Numbered from the stretch's first letter, positions 49,790 through 62,226 are shown. The stretch: 64,000 nucleotides of DNA from Dicyema japonicum (GCA_011109175.1 RDEW01000004.1:2133875-2197874); one strand, 5' to 3'. Made by a program: numbers and translations. The notes: generated by a model from the sequence alone, not told the origin.

Positions 49790-52075
49790 AACCCGGTGAA
49801 CTCGAGGAATTCTACTCAGGAACTATCAAGCACATACTCTAACAATGCTTCCTCGTCTCTTGTCTTTGTTGTGGGAGATATGAATGCAAAGGCCGGAATG
49901 CGAATGGGGCCCGAAGAATCCTCTATTGGAAGACACGGGGCGCGGAAGGAGAAAATACATCTGGAGCCTCTCTGGTAAACTTCTGCGAGGCAAATAGCCT
50001 TTTCCTGTGCAACACGGCCTTTACGCACTCAGCTTGCCACAAGACGACGTGGCACGGACAAAGAAAAAAACTATGTCGGAGAGACCGTGAATATATATAA
50101 TCAAATCGACTACATTATCTGCCGAAAGTCTGATAAACACCTGATAAATGATGCACGTTCCTACCAGAGAACACAACAGACTGCGACCACAAGATCGTTA
50201 TTGCAAAACTTGTGTAAAAAAGCACTCGACTGGGAAAAAATACATTGAAAACGCGAAGAAGGCGAGACAAAGACCCAATATATACTTTCAGACAGAAAAA
50301 TTGTGGTTAGAGCCAACTTGTAGAGCTAAATATCACGAACAAATCGAGACTCTTATGGTGAAAACCGCACCGGAATCATCAGTACGAACTCTGTGGGATC
50401 AAACAAAACAGGCAATCTCCAAGTCGGCCAAAATATGCCTTGGAGTCCGAAATCATCACGCCCTAAAATTGGATCACCACCCGAACGTGCCAAATATGGC
50501 AAAGCATTGCAGAGAGCTACGACTAAAAGCGGCAAACACGTCAGACGAGAGTAAAAAAAAGAGCTTAATATCCAACAAAGGGAACTAAAGTGGAAAATCA
50601 AAAAGATGAACAGAAAACACTCACGGGAAATTATTACATCCCTATTAAAAGATGTGGAATGCCTAAAAGACAATTCAAGGATGTATGCGGCTTTGCGGCT
50701 GCTGCGGACAAAGAAAGGACAAAACATCCTTCACATCAAAGACAAAGATGGAAAATTCGTGGGTAACCCGAAAGAAAAAGCAGAATTGATTGCACGACAC
50801 TTCGAAACACTGTTGAATAAAGAAAATAATGACTTTCCCCCTTTCCAAGGAGAAGCAAAGGCGCTAAAAATCCCAATCACAGTGGAAGAGGTGGAATTAG
50901 CGATAAATAAACTGAAGAACAACAAGAGTGCTGGGCCGGACAACATAAGCCCTGAGCTCCTAAAATATGGGCCAAAAAAACTTAGCGACACAATTGCAAA
51001 AACCCTAAATGACGTCTTTGAAACTAATACCGATCTAGGACTTGGAAATGGATTATTAATACCCATACAAAAACCGAACAAATCAAAAGGACCAGTAGAA
51101 AATCTCCGCCCGATAATACTTCTGAATTCGATACGCAAGGTGCTGGCAAACATTGCACTAAGCCGGATAAAGGGTGTGGCGGATCTATACCTACCAGCAA
51201 GTCAAAGTGGGTTCCGAGAAGGGAGGTCTACGGCAGACATTGTATGGAGCCACAGATGGCGCTGCGCAACGCACCAAAGATTCAAGAGCGCAACAACCGT
51301 GTTGGGAATAGATCTCTCCAGAGCTTTCGACTCAATAAACAGACAGAAACTGATGAATGTGCTTGAGCAAATATTGGATGAATCGTCGGTTAGGATAATC
51401 AGACTACTACTTGCGAACACAAGACTATCTGTGAGGACAGAAGGAGCAACTTCCCGCAGTTTCAAAACAACGATTGGGACACCCCAGGGTGATTCCCTCT
51501 CCCCTTTACTATTCACCATATACCTTGAATCTGCACTCCGCGACCTCCGTAAATGCTATATAGGAGACATAGAAGAGACATCTTATGCGGATGATGTGGA
51601 TTTTGTATCACGGGATGTGACCGCACTCCAACACCTGCTAGAAAATGCACCTGCGGAGCTTGAGAAATGGTTTCTCAGCGTAAATGTTAACAAAACTGAA
51701 ATTACAGAAATCAAAAGAGAAGACGATATTACTCATGAAAGATGGAGACGTACTAATAAGCTCGGCTCTCTAGGAGACGCTGAAGATGTACAAAGGAGGA
51801 AAACACTGGCAAATACGGCAATGGCTAAACTGAAGAAAGGATGGCTAAGGGCCAAAGGACTTGGAATTGACATCAGATGCAGGCTTTACAACGCGTTTGT
51901 GAAACCGATCTTACTGTATAACGCTGGGACATGGGGAAGTTCCTTAAACGAACTATTGAAACTGGATTCGTTCCATAGAAGGCAACTAAGAAGCTTACTC
52001 GGAATGGATTTGCCACGTAGAAAATCAACCACTGGTATCTACAACAAGTGTATGTGTTCATACATCAGCTCTTAA
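49790..52075 (+). mobile_element. RTE-clade retrotransposon (APE frameshifted, RT ORF 50606-52075 open, 3' end lost)
   Basis: GDMNAK, NQIDYI; GPDNISPELLKYG, LRPIILLN, QSGFREGRSTAD, DLSRAFD, PQGDSLSPLLF, YADD, YNAFVKPILLYNAGTW. Confidence 0.9.
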
Positions 52076-52079
52076 AGGG

Positions 52080-53220
52080 GTCTCCTGATCATGTAGAATT
52101 CCGATTCCATAAACGCAGGTGCAAGGGAACCATAAATCTCAACGGAGAGTGGATCACACAAAAAATCATATGGTAGGACCCCGAACTTTGCCCGCTTCAA
52201 TTTCTTGGCCTTTTCAGCCGCCGAAAATGATCTAGTAACATTCTGCAGTAGGTCGCAAAGGGCAAACTTTTCGGTGCAGGTGACGTCCCAGACAAGACGT
52301 TTCCCGGCTTCGAAAAGTAAGATGGTTATCCTTCCTGGTCGTTTCCTGTCACACTTTCAAAGAACAACTGGCTTGAGCATGGAGCGGTGTCCAGCGGCGT
52401 CCAAACCTCGCCTAACGACTTTGTTCAAGGCAATATGTCTGGGAGATTTGTTTGCACTCTTCCTGCAGGAGAAAGGGTGTAGGTAAAATCAGTCGACCTG
52501 GTCTCCGCATTGGCACGGACTTTTAACACAAATTTTTAATTTCAGTCGTAATGAAATCCCAATATAGATGCATTCATCATCACTAAAGGTACCCATAACT
52601 GCGTCGAGCCAGGGACCGATCTCGGAAATCGCCCCGGACAACAAACAGGCACTACTTATGTTGGTTAGCTGACACTAGTAGATCTTTTAAAGACTTCGGC
52701 ATGTAGCATCGTCCAGACCCTGTTGAGAGAACATAGATGGTTGGGAAAACTGATAGGTACGGCTTCAGGCCTCATGGGAATGACCGATGTATAGTCAGTA
52801 GAGAATTTAGAGGAGTAGTAGAATTTTTTTAAGTGTTTAGGCTATTAGCGACAGGAGATATGCAGGGAGAAAAATGTCTACAGGGTTGCAAATTCCAAGC
52901 ACTCCGTGTCTGACATGCAATGTGACCTGCTTCCATGAGTATTCCTCAAATCCTACGTTGAAGATATGCTCCGCTGTCATACGCAAAATCTCGTCAATCT
53001 GTGCTAATTGGTCACAATTTATAAAATATAGTGCTCTCCTGACAGGACTTAAATTATCAACTCCAAATCGTAGAAAACAGCAGTGACGGTCCTTCGAATA
53101 CCCATCATCCATATACCATAGGTTGAGGGGTAAGCGAAGAAGTTTGGTGATTCGATTTATTCAGAAGAACGGGGCTCCAAGAAGGAACCAAAGCGTTTTG
53201 CTGCCCGGAGTAAATGTATG
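52080..53220 (-). mobile_element. CRE-like (restriction-like endonuclease) non-LTR element remnant
   Basis: WKQVTLHVRHGVLGI..PAYL, CQCGDQVD..HPFSC..RHIALNKVVRRGL, RPGRITI..GKRLVWDVT and PLSVEIYG, which together match an RT thumb, a CCHC and a PD-D/E endonuclease pattern. Confidence 0.75.
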
Positions 53221-53729
53221 ATAATGTTACTTTTCTAATTAACTTACAAAATCGGGACTAAATAAATCAATGATGATCAAAGAACTTTACAGGCGCTGAT
53301 TTGACATCGAAGACCTCGAATCTGTCTGTAAGCCATTGTAACATTACTATAGTTATTATGGGGCGATAAATTATTGACAGGGGTGAAATGTTAAATTTTT
53401 TGTTGAAAGGGATGGGAGAATTTTGTCCATCCAAGAATAAATTTTGTCGATTTGTTCTTGCAGGACGAAAGAAGTGGCGAGAGTTAATGATGATATATTA
53501 AGCAAAAGAAAGAAATTTGTCTATGTTTGTCGGTAACTTTGTTAGATGAAAATTAAACAACGCTGGAGATAGTACCGAACATTGAGGAACGTTGTTTGGA
53601 TGGTATCGATAATGATATTATTAATATTAACAGCCTTTTATTGCTTCGCATAGTCAGGAAAATTTATTTAAGTAAATAACAGTTAATTTTAATTAATCGT
53701 AGAACCAAGGAATGATCTTCAATTCTAGA

Positions 53730-53925
53730 TTTCTTTTTCTTGTGTGTGGGTCTTTTCTAGACTATCCAGAGTCGCAGTGAGTATCCACTGATGACGGCGT
53801 CACTCGTAAACCCTTTTGCATCGTAGATGCTTGGAACCTTCCATTAGGAGAAAAGCAGCGAGAATCGAACCCGTAACCTAATTCATTTTGGTTCGACATC
53901 TAGCCAATATGCCACACAGATATAA
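53730..53925 (-). mobile_element. tRNA-derived SINE
   Basis: A-box-like TGGCATATTGG (53904-53914) and B-box GGTTCGATTC (53862-53871) lie 32 nt apart, followed by a non-tRNA body, a 3' hairpin and an A-rich tail. A second copy is at 7840-8020. Confidence 0.68.
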
Positions 53926-53949
53926 TGATAGTATGTTGACATAATAAAA

Positions 53950-55140
53950 AAACGACCCATTATAAATGAAAGGATTCAACCATAATTTCAAACAGGATGT
54001 GATATTCGTAGAAAGAATTTTACTGCTCAGAACGTGTCTGGATGTCCAGTCGAAAGCTTTGTTGATATCATTAGTAATAATTGTTATTTCCGGAAGTTTA
54101 TATTGAATCCACCGGAAATAAATTGCAGTTTAGAATATGGGTTGAAGTCGAGTGCCAAAACTAAAGCCACGTGGAGGTTAGATAGATTTGGATGATAAAT
54201 TCCATTCATTGCTCTTGTATTTTAAGAATAGGTCGTCAAATCGTTTATTGATTTCAGAAAGAAGTTTTATCTACTAGATTGTTAAATGATTTTTATCTGA
54301 AAATTGATTTTTGTCTATTTCAGCTCGTAATTTGGTAGCAACACCAGGATGTCGTCCAACCATATATGGAGTATCATCGTTACACAAAAAACAAGCTTTT
54401 TCAAATCAAAACCATAGTCAAAGAGAATTTGTAGTAGTTTTACAAAGATATATTATTTAGAACCACAGGATCACAGAGAAAGAAATACAGAAAAACGTAA
54501 GAATTTTGGAAAAAGACAATCTAAGCGGGTTTCTGTTTTTCTTACAGATCCGAATGAATCAAGTTCCGCGGCTACGGGTGCATTATCGACAATATCGAGT
54601 GTTTCATTGTTCATAATTGAAAAATTGTCAAATTTAAACAATTCAGACTTTAATTGGTGTTTCAAAATCAAAGACATTTTATAACAGTGTTTCTAATTAA
54701 TGAAATATCGTTAAAGTAGTGAGCGTTTTCTGGAAAAAATTATTGTTGTTTTTACAAGGCATTGCTTGATGAAATCACCATCGCAATATGATTTTTCATT
54801 AATTGCAAGCATTCTGCTTTTTTCATAGCTAGCAGTAACTGATGAGCGCTTCGATTGTGATTTTTAATGATTATTATCGTAGAGCTACCTCCAGATAAAT
54901 AATAAACAACATCGGGGATAATGGATTCCCTTAAGAGGTACCAATTGTCGATTCAAATGTCCTCGATAAAGTTTTTTTATTTTAAAAATTGCAATTTTCT
55001 TGTTGCCCTAGTAATAACACTGCCATTAAACTAAGCAAACAGACATTACCGGACTATTCGAGACATATGCTATCAGTACATCGTCCACGTAAATAAACAT
55101 TATTTATTTTTAAAATTGCAATTTTCTTAGTGATAACACT
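53950..55140 (-). mobile_element. Degenerate hAT (GTF2IRD2-like) transposase
   Basis: KSYCDGDFIKQCL-type motif near 54760-54810, with further hAT-like traces; heavily decayed. Confidence 0.5.
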
Positions 55141-55163
55141 GACATTAAGCTAAGCAGTTAAAC

Positions 55164-55870
55164 CAGTGTTTCCCAAACTTTTTGAGAGCACGAACCTAAT
55201 CGACATTTTTCATTTTAAACAAAACCCTTATATAGTTTTTAACAATTATCAGTATTTTAATGATATAAAAAAATAAAATGCTAGTTATTGAGATAGCTGA
55301 AGCTGATTTCTCTTGCATAGATCTAATATTTGGCCTTGTCTTGACAGGGATAAACGTAGGTCTTCCACATACAGTAGGTCGCGCGTTTTTTATACTTTAT
55401 ATTTGTTAATTCAGAAAATCCACTTTCAAAGAGATAAGTCGTTGAAAACTGGACCGAAACTCCCCAAGCTTTGTTTGCAAGAATAAGATATTCTTTTTTT
55501 ACAATCAGTTAAAACGAATCAATATCAAGCTGTAAATATTCCATTCTTAACGTTCAGTCACTTAAAACAAACGCATGTTAAACTTTTTTTTACTGAAGCT
55601 CGTTCTAGTTATTTCGTACTGACCAAAAGATCCTCACCCACTCATAGAGTTCAACTGACTTGGGTAAAAATAATTATTCGTACATGTAAATATTACTCAA
55701 AATGGTCTACAATATGTGGAATTTATTTCTTTAAAAATTCTTTGTTGCACATGAGGGAACATTTCCAAGATTCCATTCGTAATATGTCGATTCTATATTT
55801 GTAGTTTTTTTTCAGAAAAGCAGCTTTTTTACGCGCAACTCAATAGATTTTTTAAGTCTAGACTTAACTT
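55164..55870. mobile_element. hAT end plus decayed internal sequence
   Basis: CAGTGTTTCCCAAAC (Charlie-like TIR) at 55164-55178; weak minus-strand transposase traces. Confidence 0.4.
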
Positions 55871-56199
55871 TTTTAAGTCTACTTATTAATACAGTCGAAA
55901 TTTCTCCTTTCGAATTTTTTATCTATCAAATTAAACTATTTAAAACTACCTCCACGCGATTATTCGATAAAATATTAATTATTTCTGCAACTGGATAATA
56001 CTGAGACTCAAACTTATCCAGTCGCAATGAGGGATTTGTTCCAAAGTCCTTTTTAGCCCGAACCTATTTATTAATGTTTTTAATTCATGCTTTATCTCCC
56101 ATGTTAAAAATATATTTACTATTATGAACATTCATTTTCATAGCTTTGTAATAATTCGAATTTTCTTCAATCGATTTAATTTCGAAATTGAATCTCTTC

Positions 56200-57350
56200 G
56201 CATTCACAAATTATCTGACTGGGAATTATCTAGATATAAATTTTTTAAATCAAACTACGTGACTTTTCAATAGATACTGGAGTCGAACAATTAACCAAAT
56301 CGTCAGTTTGTTTTGGAATCGCCTCTCATCACTTAAATTATCTAAGTCATAATGTGATATAAGTATGAATTATTGAATTTATTCCCATAATTCCTCGATA
56401 TCTTTCGAAAGGACTTTCGTTAGAAAATGAATGGACCGATATGTTATAACTGTAGACAGTACTATCTAATTTATCAAGCCACTTTTTTTCACTGTTATCC
56501 AGCATTTTTGACAACTTCCTCGTGATCGTCTGATTAATTCTTTCGACAATTCCTTGTGCTCGTGGATTGTCAGGCCTTCCTTGAATTTGCTTAATGTTAA
56601 AATTTTCGCAAAGTTTTCTTATTTCTTGATTTTTAAATTCAGAACCATTGTCCGACTGAGGAAATTTACATGGCCCATTCAGGCGGAACAAAGATCTTAA
56701 GTTTTCACATACTTCTTTACCAGACTTATTATAGAGTGTCGTAAAAAGCGAATCTATAAATTAAAAAAACAAACCTACTATATATGTCAATGACCGTTAA
56801 ATCCATTTGAAATTTTCATTTAATGTTGAAAATTTTTTCAGGTCTATTAGATCTACCTGAAAAAGTTCATTTGATGAAGAAGCAAACACATGGTGATTTA
56901 TATCTCCAATCTACAATTATAAAAAATCACGAACTTTTAAAGGACGCGAAAATTTTCAGACTTCACAATTTCGAATGACTTTTCTGACATTCTTTACAGT
57001 GAAGTATCTTTGTCGGCATTCATACTCAATTTTGTTGACTCCTCCGTGTGAAAACTCGTGCAACGATTTCGCAACATGCTCCATTTCGGTTTCATTATCC
57101 AGGGATATGACTAACTTGGAATCAGTTGATTTAAGATACAGTCTAAAATTATTGCAAATTTACAATACATGTCATTGATAATGGAAAAATTCTCTATCTT
57201 TTTTACAAGCCTATATTTTCTGTGCCTCGGAAGATTTTCGGGAAATTTATCATGCAAAGCATCTTTTAAAGTTTGATATTCAACGCAATCTTTCACAAAA
57301 CCCTTGTAAGAAGCCATTGCAACAAAATAATCTTCCATGCTATAAATCAC
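56200..57350 (-). mobile_element. Ginger/rve integrase-like transposon with short introns, degenerate
   Basis: HEFSH...CEV zinc motif, VDLIDL..WILTVIDIY, QSDNGSEF, PRAQGIVERINQT, YNISVH..SPF; 26-nt intron at 57143-57168. Confidence 0.8.
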
Positions 57351-57539
57351 GCTAGAAATCTAGGTTTACCGCTATAAAAAATAAAATCTTTATAATCATA
57401 ACATTTATGAATAAAAAACTAATTTAACAGGATTAAATTACAAAAAATGTAGCAGTATGCCCATGCCGATGTGACATATTATACTACATTTTTTTGAGAT
57501 TAAAATAGACCTATCTGCATTAAGCCGCATTTGCATTTA

Positions 57540-58150
57540 TTACAAAGGTTTGCATCAGAGATATTCTCTTCATCTCTAGGCCAGTTAATCTTGATTACCG
57601 ATTTGAGCTGAGCTCTTTGGAAAGAGTCAAGACTGTCCATTTCTTGTTTAGAGATTCCCCAAATCCCAGAGTTGTAGGTTAGTACCGGGATGAAAAAGCT
57701 TTGTATATTCTACCCTGGTGTTTAGTCCTATCTTATTTTTGTGGCTAGGTCGTATACCAGTTGGAGCTTCTTGTGCGGTTGTTTAAGTCCTCTGCAATTG
57801 AAAGTTCCCAGAGTGAACGGAGAAGTCGGTAAAGAATACAAATAAGACATTGTGCATTAGAGATGTCGTCAACACCTCAACCAAAAATATGATTTTTTCA
57901 AATCAAACAGGAGCCGGATTTCGCGGAAGGTCAGAACGACACTTTCGACGATCTTGAACGAAGACCTATCCTCGGTTGGTATGAGAATAACTTCGGCGGA
58001 CGATCTGGACTACCTAAGAGAACTAGCGCGCAACAGAAGATCATGGTCGAGGCTGACGGAGAGGATGATTAGGAATAGGGCACAAGGGAAACTTAACTAA
58101 CTTATGTTTTCTCGGGATTACTTTTAATAATAAAAATAATAATAATAATT
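57540..58150. mobile_element. RTE 3' end with an inverted upstream segment
   Basis: 57540-57760 on the minus strand reads YKAFFIPVLTYNSGIWG..LDSFQR. 57760-58150 on the plus strand reads TTLSTILNEDL..LRELARNRRSW and ends in a (TAA)n tail. Confidence 0.65.
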
Positions 58151-58553
58151 TCAGCATTACTGGTGATTAAAATTGACCCGTCATGCTTACATAAATATTG
58201 GAAACCACTAAATTATGCATAGTAAAAAAGACTAAATAACAGAAATTAAAACTAAAAAGTAAAAAAGTGCAGATTGTAGAATTCATTTTACCATCCACAA
58301 GAACTCCAGGAAATAAGTGCTAGTACAAACTTGTTAGTTAACCGCGACATTTCCGATGTCCTCATGAAAGTCTGATTTTTTCCGAAAATTCAAATTTCTG
58401 TGATTTCAAGACTCAACATGAATTAAACTCAATTTTAATAAATTTAATGATTATTTGTCAATTATATGGGCGGTTAACCAAAATGAATTAAATACGGTAA
58501 ATTTAGAATATAAATAGAGTTTGTTTGCTTTTGACAATAATCGAGCGTTATCA

Positions 58554-59136
58554 ATGAGTAATCCGATTGTTGATGGGAAATATGAGTTCACTGGGACATT
58601 GAGAGTTCCATAAACAAGCAAATCAACAATGAACTGACTGCTTTCTACATTTACATGAATTTGGTTGAATAATGAACTTATAGATAGAGCAATTACTTCA
58701 GCCAAGTGACTGTGAGCTACCCTGGGGCTGCAAAGTACTTTGAGAAGAAATCCGCGGAGGAGTTGGAGCATGCTAAACGATTCATGGACTACCAAATCAG
58801 AAGAGGTGGAGCTGTCTCACTAAAAAAGATTGATGTCAGTTTTATTAATGATAAATAGGGGATTCAATCCAAGTCTCTTAATATTTACGATGCCTTGATG
58901 ATCGCTTATGATGCTGAACGTCAAATCACTTCAGAGATTTATAACATGTCGACTTTGGCACAGAATAGTAATGATGTTGACGTTTACTTTGGGTTAATCT
59001 GTAGTTTGAAAATTTCATTGCTGAATTCATTAAGGAACAAATTGACGATATCTCCCAGCTGGCCAAATTGATCGCTCAATGCGGAAGATGTGAGACTGAA
59101 TCGGATCGGATGTACTTCGATAGGCATCTCAGTTAA
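58554..59136 (+). CDS. FTH1: Ferritin, H-type (ferroxidase residues present)
   Basis: Introns at 58664-58687, 58835-58858 and 58982-59004. INKQINNELTAFYIY, SAEELEHAKRFMDYQIRRGG, AYDAERQI and FIKEQI keep the equivalents of E27, Y34, E61, E62, H65, E107 and Q141. One extra G is needed in the GGG near 58593. The symbol indicates type, not proven orthology. Confidence 0.9.
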
Positions 59137-60483
59137 TTATGGACTAATTCTCTAACCTTAACGTTACTAACATTTCTTGATTTCTCTAACTTTACTGTTG
59201 TCTTTGTTTTCAACTCACTAAACTCATATTTGAGTATCACAAAGAAATTCAGATAAGACAAGTCATATTCTCACCAGATTTGGAAGTTTATAGTATACAA
59301 ATAGACACGTTGGTAGTCCTAGTTGTCTGCAATCATTTATATTCCTAACGCTAACAAAGATTGTTTTCACAATATCTTATAATTGTCATAGTTAGTGCTA
59401 ATAAAACTGTCTCTTAACAGTTTGATTTTTTAATGTCTATGTTTAAATAGAAGATTAATCGATGATTGTCGTTATGAGTAGTGCAATTGATATTTCATCA
59501 CTTAGAGTGACATTATCGCTGTGATTATTTTTAAATATCTTTTGTAATTGGGTTAATCAAATGTCTAATGATAGAAAATTGTTTTTGTCGTTTTATCCAC
59601 TGTGTGGTAGATTGGTTGAATAATAAAATTGTTGAAACACAAAGGGACTAAAGGAGTATTTATTACCTTATCTCTTCTAAAAAATTCTTAATCATTTTTG
59701 TGATCTAAATAGAGGAAAAATTCTTAATAACAACCAGAAATATGTGGATTTTCACACCAGAATCAATCAATGTAGGATTTAATAAACATTAGGTGTAAAA
59801 TAGTTCTTCTAAAGTAGAAAGTTATAAGATCAAGTCACCAGTCAGAATCAATAAACTATATCATCATGACACAGATCTCTGATAGTTGTTACAATTTCTC
59901 GTCATTTATTGTCAAATAAAACACAAAATACAATGACGTTTGAAGGGTTGGAGAGAGTTTTCAATCTTCTGATTTTTTCCAAATCTTCTGCATAAATTCT
60001 TAATATAAATCCTACAATGTCATTGTGTCTCTAATAATAATCTGAATTGTGGACTCTATTGTATTTAGTTACAAAGTGATCCACTGTTTTACTCGACCTT
60101 TTTACTGTGGGGACATTTTGAATTAGGACATCTGAAAAAAACATGTTTGTCAAGAAGAATGGAAACATAGCTTCAGACTCTCTTATGCAACGTTAGAATG
60201 TTGAATATCTAAAGCATGGGTGTCAAACTCATTTCGCTATGAGGGTCGCAATTATATTTTATTTCTCATATTAATACAAGTTGCTGGTTAATGGTTGTTG
60301 TTGATAAGAACCAAATCTATCGGATTATGCGGACTTTTGTGCCGAATTGAGTAAAGAATACCCAAATCGGATGGCAACCCGGGTGAAGAGGAAACGGATG
60401 GGTTTCATTAAAATAGGAATCTCTAAGGGAAATGAATATTTGAATCATAATTATGTTAGTATGTGAATTATTAATTGTTAATT

Positions 60484-62226
60484 TTAACTGGTCGATTCGC
60501 AGTCTATCATCTGAAAAGAACTAATTTCACCAAATGCTACCTCCATTTCAGTTATAGGAGATATCGTGGTAGTTCTAGTTGTGGTCTTGGGAGTTGTAGT
60601 AGTTGTTTTGGGTGTTCTAGTAGTCGTTTTGGGAGTTGTCGTATTGTAGTAGTTGTTGTGGGTGTTCTAGTAGTCGTCTTGGGAGTTGTCGTAGTTGTAG
60701 TAGTTGTTGTGGTAGCTCTAGTAGTCGTCGTGGGAGTTGTTGTAGGAGTCGTAGATCTAGTGGAAAGCTCTAGTAGTCGTCTTGGGAGTTGTAGGAATCG
60801 TAGTACTCGTAGGAATTAGCTTGAATGTAAAAATAAAATACTGTTTTGCAGATTACAGCGATTCGTACTTTGGCTAACATATAACACCATTTGGAGGAAT
60901 ATATAAAGTTAATAAGCCCCGGACTACGTAAAATATTATTAGTACGTTGTAGCCAAACATCTCACCAACGTATAACCAGTAGGACAAGTACCGGTAACCA
61001 AGTTTGAGTATTTTGACAAAGGTTCAAAGTATTTGGTCACTAATTGATATTTTGGGACAGGAAGACAAGTAACGTAATTCTAAAAATAAACATAAACAAA
61101 CACATAAATTTCTATCGCTCCTACAGTATCCCTCATAGTAAAGAGGATTCGAGTTGATGGCGAAACAGTTTTCCATAGCATACCCTTCGGGACATTTCTG
61201 CGGAATCGTCGATATCGTCGGAACAGTTTTTGGGACTGAATTACAACTAAAAATACGTATTGCAATTCCGAGGACGGTTACGCCTCTAATTGTTGTTTTA
61301 GACTGACAATTTTTATCCAATAATTTGAGTACCCGATCAAAACTTATCCTATAATTCTAAAGATAATTTCCAGGTGAACCTCACATGTATTGAACATCCT
61401 GAAATGAAGGAGTCGTATTTCTTGGTAGCCAATTCCGCCTGATTGAGCAGTCTCCCCACAACCTGAGTATTTACTGTACATTCAGCATAGAACAGATTCA
61501 ATTTATAATTTTACTGAAAATATTTTACGACGACGTTTATATATTCCGATGCACGAGTTTCCAGAAACGTATGATGATATTCGATTTCCAAGTTGCTGAA
61601 GCATGCAAACCTTCATAACATAGTTTGGTGGACAGGTAATCCGCGCTACTGATTTTCTCGTTTTCAATAATTTCCTATATATGGCATTTTCTGAAAGTTG
61701 AGATAACAGACATACTGCGACAAGTGACCTCAAATGTGACAGCATGTGATCTTCCTTTTGATACCAATTCACATTTATTGTCTTTTATTGTAACCGTATA
61801 TTTATCGTATGGACTCATCCTTCGTTTACATCAGGAAAATCAACCAGTTGTGAATCCTACAATCTGTGAGCACTGTCCCACTAGGACACGTGAGTATACC
61901 ACTCTTGGCAAATCTTCTGCATACCGTTACCACGTAATCAGATATAGGTAAACACGTGGCGATGGCCTATTAATTATTAAATACTCCACATTGGTTATTC
62001 CCCTTCCATTGCTTCTTACTTAGCATAGGTTACCCTGAACGTATGATCCGTCGGAATAATATTTATTTTTAGAACGGCAGTTGGAAATATGGGTATTCAA
62101 TGGAAAAAATGCTGTAGATATTTTTTCTTAGTTTTTACTGGTCTTCCAAATTTGGAATGATTATCACGAACTTTGTTTATTATTAAAATTACTAGCAAAC
62201 AACAATAGAATCCCTAGCATTAACAT
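60484..62226 (-). CDS. Putative secreted protein with Cys-rich repeats and a C-terminal Thr/Pro-rich mucin-like region; reading frame carries lesions
   Basis: Signal-like MLMLGILLLFA, about nine introns of 22-28 nt, and repeats TCPSGTVLTDC, TCPPNYVMKVC, KCPEGYAMENC and TCPTGYTLVRC, then (TTPKTTTR)n at about 60560-60820. One in-frame TAA and about three 1-nt frameshifts; the 3' end is uncertain. Confidence 0.65.

Noticed and set aside
59700-60200. Possible extra exons downstream of the mucin-like gene
   Set aside because: Short coding-like stretches, but no consistent spliced frame or homology.
60475-60819. Plus-strand Val-rich ORF as a membrane protein
   Set aside because: It is the antisense shadow of the Thr/Pro-rich repeats on the minus strand.
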